DNA of 64,000 nucleotides from Narcine bancroftii (Eukaryota): positions 5,456,001 to 5,520,000 of the forward strand of contig NC_091469.1 in assembly GCF_036971445.1 (NCBI RefSeq), given 5' to 3'. Position 1 is the first letter of the stretch; every line of letters starts with the position of its first letter. Made by a program: the position numbers and the translations under genes. Positions 62,424-64,000 of the stretch are shown here, in pieces. The notes beneath the pieces were generated by a model. The model saw only the letters and a program-made list of their open reading frames with translations. It did no database searches and was not told the origin of the DNA.

Positions 62424-62504
62424 CTCTATATAATCTTAGTCATTCAATATAATCTGTCATTCTGCACCCCAACTCACCAATAGCTACATCTCTGAACTGG
62501 ACAG

Positions 62505-64000
62505 TGTAGCGGCAGCTACACTGCTACTGAAATAACACACAACCAGACGGGTTGAGCTCAGTGAGCAGAACTGATTTATTGTAGGCTGCCTGGCTGGCCT
62601 TATAATCCCAGCCCAGACCTGGCTGAGAACTGCGCTGGGGGCACTGACGTCACCAGGGTGTCACGTGGGTCCCTAAGCGCGGGCTTCTGAGCCCAGTGCC
62701 GAGATCGAAGGGGAAACCCCCGACGGTGCCATTTTGACCGGCTTCCCCGCCGCGTGTGTTACAAGTGGGGCTGGTTTGTCTGCCTAACGGTGTGCCACCA
62801 CACAGCCTCCCCCCCCCCCCAGGACCGGCACCGATGTCCTTTATAGTCGGGCAGCCTCGCTTCTTGGGCTGGGCCACAACTACTGGTTCGGTGGGGTTGA
62901 GGTGTGCTGGCTTCAGCCTGTCCACCATAAACAGTTCCCTCCTACCGCTGATGTCCAGCGTGAACGTGGACCCTGAACGCTGGACGACTTTGTATGGCCC
63001 TTCGTAAGGCCTCTGCAGAAGTGCCATGGATGGGCCTCACCGAATTAAAAAAAGTACTTCGGGGAATGCAGCTTGCTGGGGACATAAGAGGCCCGTGTGC
63101 AGTGTCTGGGCGGTGGTGGGGGTGTGAAGGAGCCCAACTGGGCCCGGAGGTGGGGGAGTAGCTCATGCAGTGACTGCTGGGGGTTGTGAGGTGCGTTGAC
63201 GAACTTACCGGGTAGCGCTAGCGGTGCGCCGTAGACCAGCTCGACTGATGATGCCTGTAGATCTTTGGGCATCGAGCGGATGCCCAGGAGCACCCAAGGC
63301 AGTTCGTCCACCCAGTCTGGACCAGTGAGGTGGGCCATAAGTGCCGACTTAAGGTTGGGGTGTAGTTGCTTGACCATCCCATTGGCCTGTGGGTGATAGG
63401 CCGTGGTGCAGTGTAGCTCGATCCCCAGCCTGTTGGTGAGCTGTGCCCAGAGCGCAGAGGTGAATTGGGTGCCCCGACCGCTGGTGAGGTGATTTGGGAT
63501 GCCGAACCGGGTGACCCAACCATGCAACAGTGCTCGGGAGCAGGAGTCAGTGGAGGCGTCTGGCATCAGGATCGCCTCAGGCCAACGATTGGTGCAGTCC
63601 ACCACCGTGAAAAGGTAACGGTTACCCCGGGAAATGGGTGAGGGCCCGATGATGTCCATGTGAATGTGGCTGAACCGTTCCCGGACATGCTCAAACTCCT
63701 GTATGGACGCTCTGGTGTGCCTGTGCACCTTGGACAGCTGGCAATTGGTGCAGGATCTGGCCCAGCCCGCAATCTGCTTCTGCAGCCCGTGCCAGACGAA
63801 ACACTCTGCCACCATACGGACCGTGGACCTGATGGAAGGGTGTGAAAGGTCATAAATATGGTGGAAGACTTGCCTGCACCACTGCTGGGGAACCACTGGT
63901 CACGGGGTGCCCATGGAGACATCACTGCTAGGAGCTGGGTGGTCCTGGAACTGCAGGCCCATGATGGCAGTCCTGAGGGCTCGTGTCTCCTCATCAGACT
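62505..64000 (-). mobile_element. 3' end of a Gypsy LTR retrotransposon (integrase, PPT, 3' LTR 62505-62802); continues beyond the window
   Basis: LTR with imperfect 10-bp terminal inverted repeats (TGTAGCGGCA / TGCCACCACA), minus-strand AATAAA at 62575-62580, G-rich PPT at 62803-62820; integrase HHCC and core (63045..63896) and GPY motif PYEGPYKV (62650..63027). Confidence 0.93.

Noticed and set aside
1-64000. Prokaryote-type systems (operons, retrons, defence islands) suggested by the many RT ORFs
   Set aside because: Spliceosomal introns, CpG islands and TSD-flanked LINEs show vertebrate DNA; all RT-like ORFs belong to known retrotransposon clades.

Overview
This is eukaryotic (vertebrate) genomic DNA, not a prokaryotic locus. 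The repeat content (Penelope-like elements, CR1, tRNA-derived V-SINE-like elements, Rex1/Babar, RTE, L1) suggests a cartilaginous fish, probably a ray; that assignment is inference. Two spliced protein-coding genes can be fully reconstructed on the + strand. ASB6 (ankyrin repeat and SOCS box 6) has 6 coding exons at 18003-25163, encodes 428 aa and has a probable non-coding first exon near 6.9 kb. NTMT1 (N-terminal Xaa-Pro-Lys methyltransferase 1) has 3 coding exons at 36810-41981, encodes 223 aa and has a CpG-island promoter near 32.5 kb. The rest is dominated by transposable elements: a full-length L1-clade LINE with a 15-bp TSD nested in a decayed Tc1, a young 5'-truncated RTE, two CR1s, many Penelope-like fragments, a solo LTR, a Charlie/Buster-type hAT deletion derivative with TIRs and an 8-bp TSD, and the 3' end of a Gypsy element. 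The most notable hidden signals are: (i) a TSD-flanked, polyadenylated 287-bp insert, apparently a retroposed 3' UTR, antisense and just downstream of the ASB6 stop; (ii) several minimal hammerhead-ribozyme relics in the Penelope-like repeats; (iii) a candidate L1 antisense promoter and splice donor pointing into ASB6; (iv) tandem ASB6-NTMT1 orientation, unlike the convergent arrangement in human and mouse. I found no firm evidence for a wholly new biological system, and the findings are hypotheses to test.
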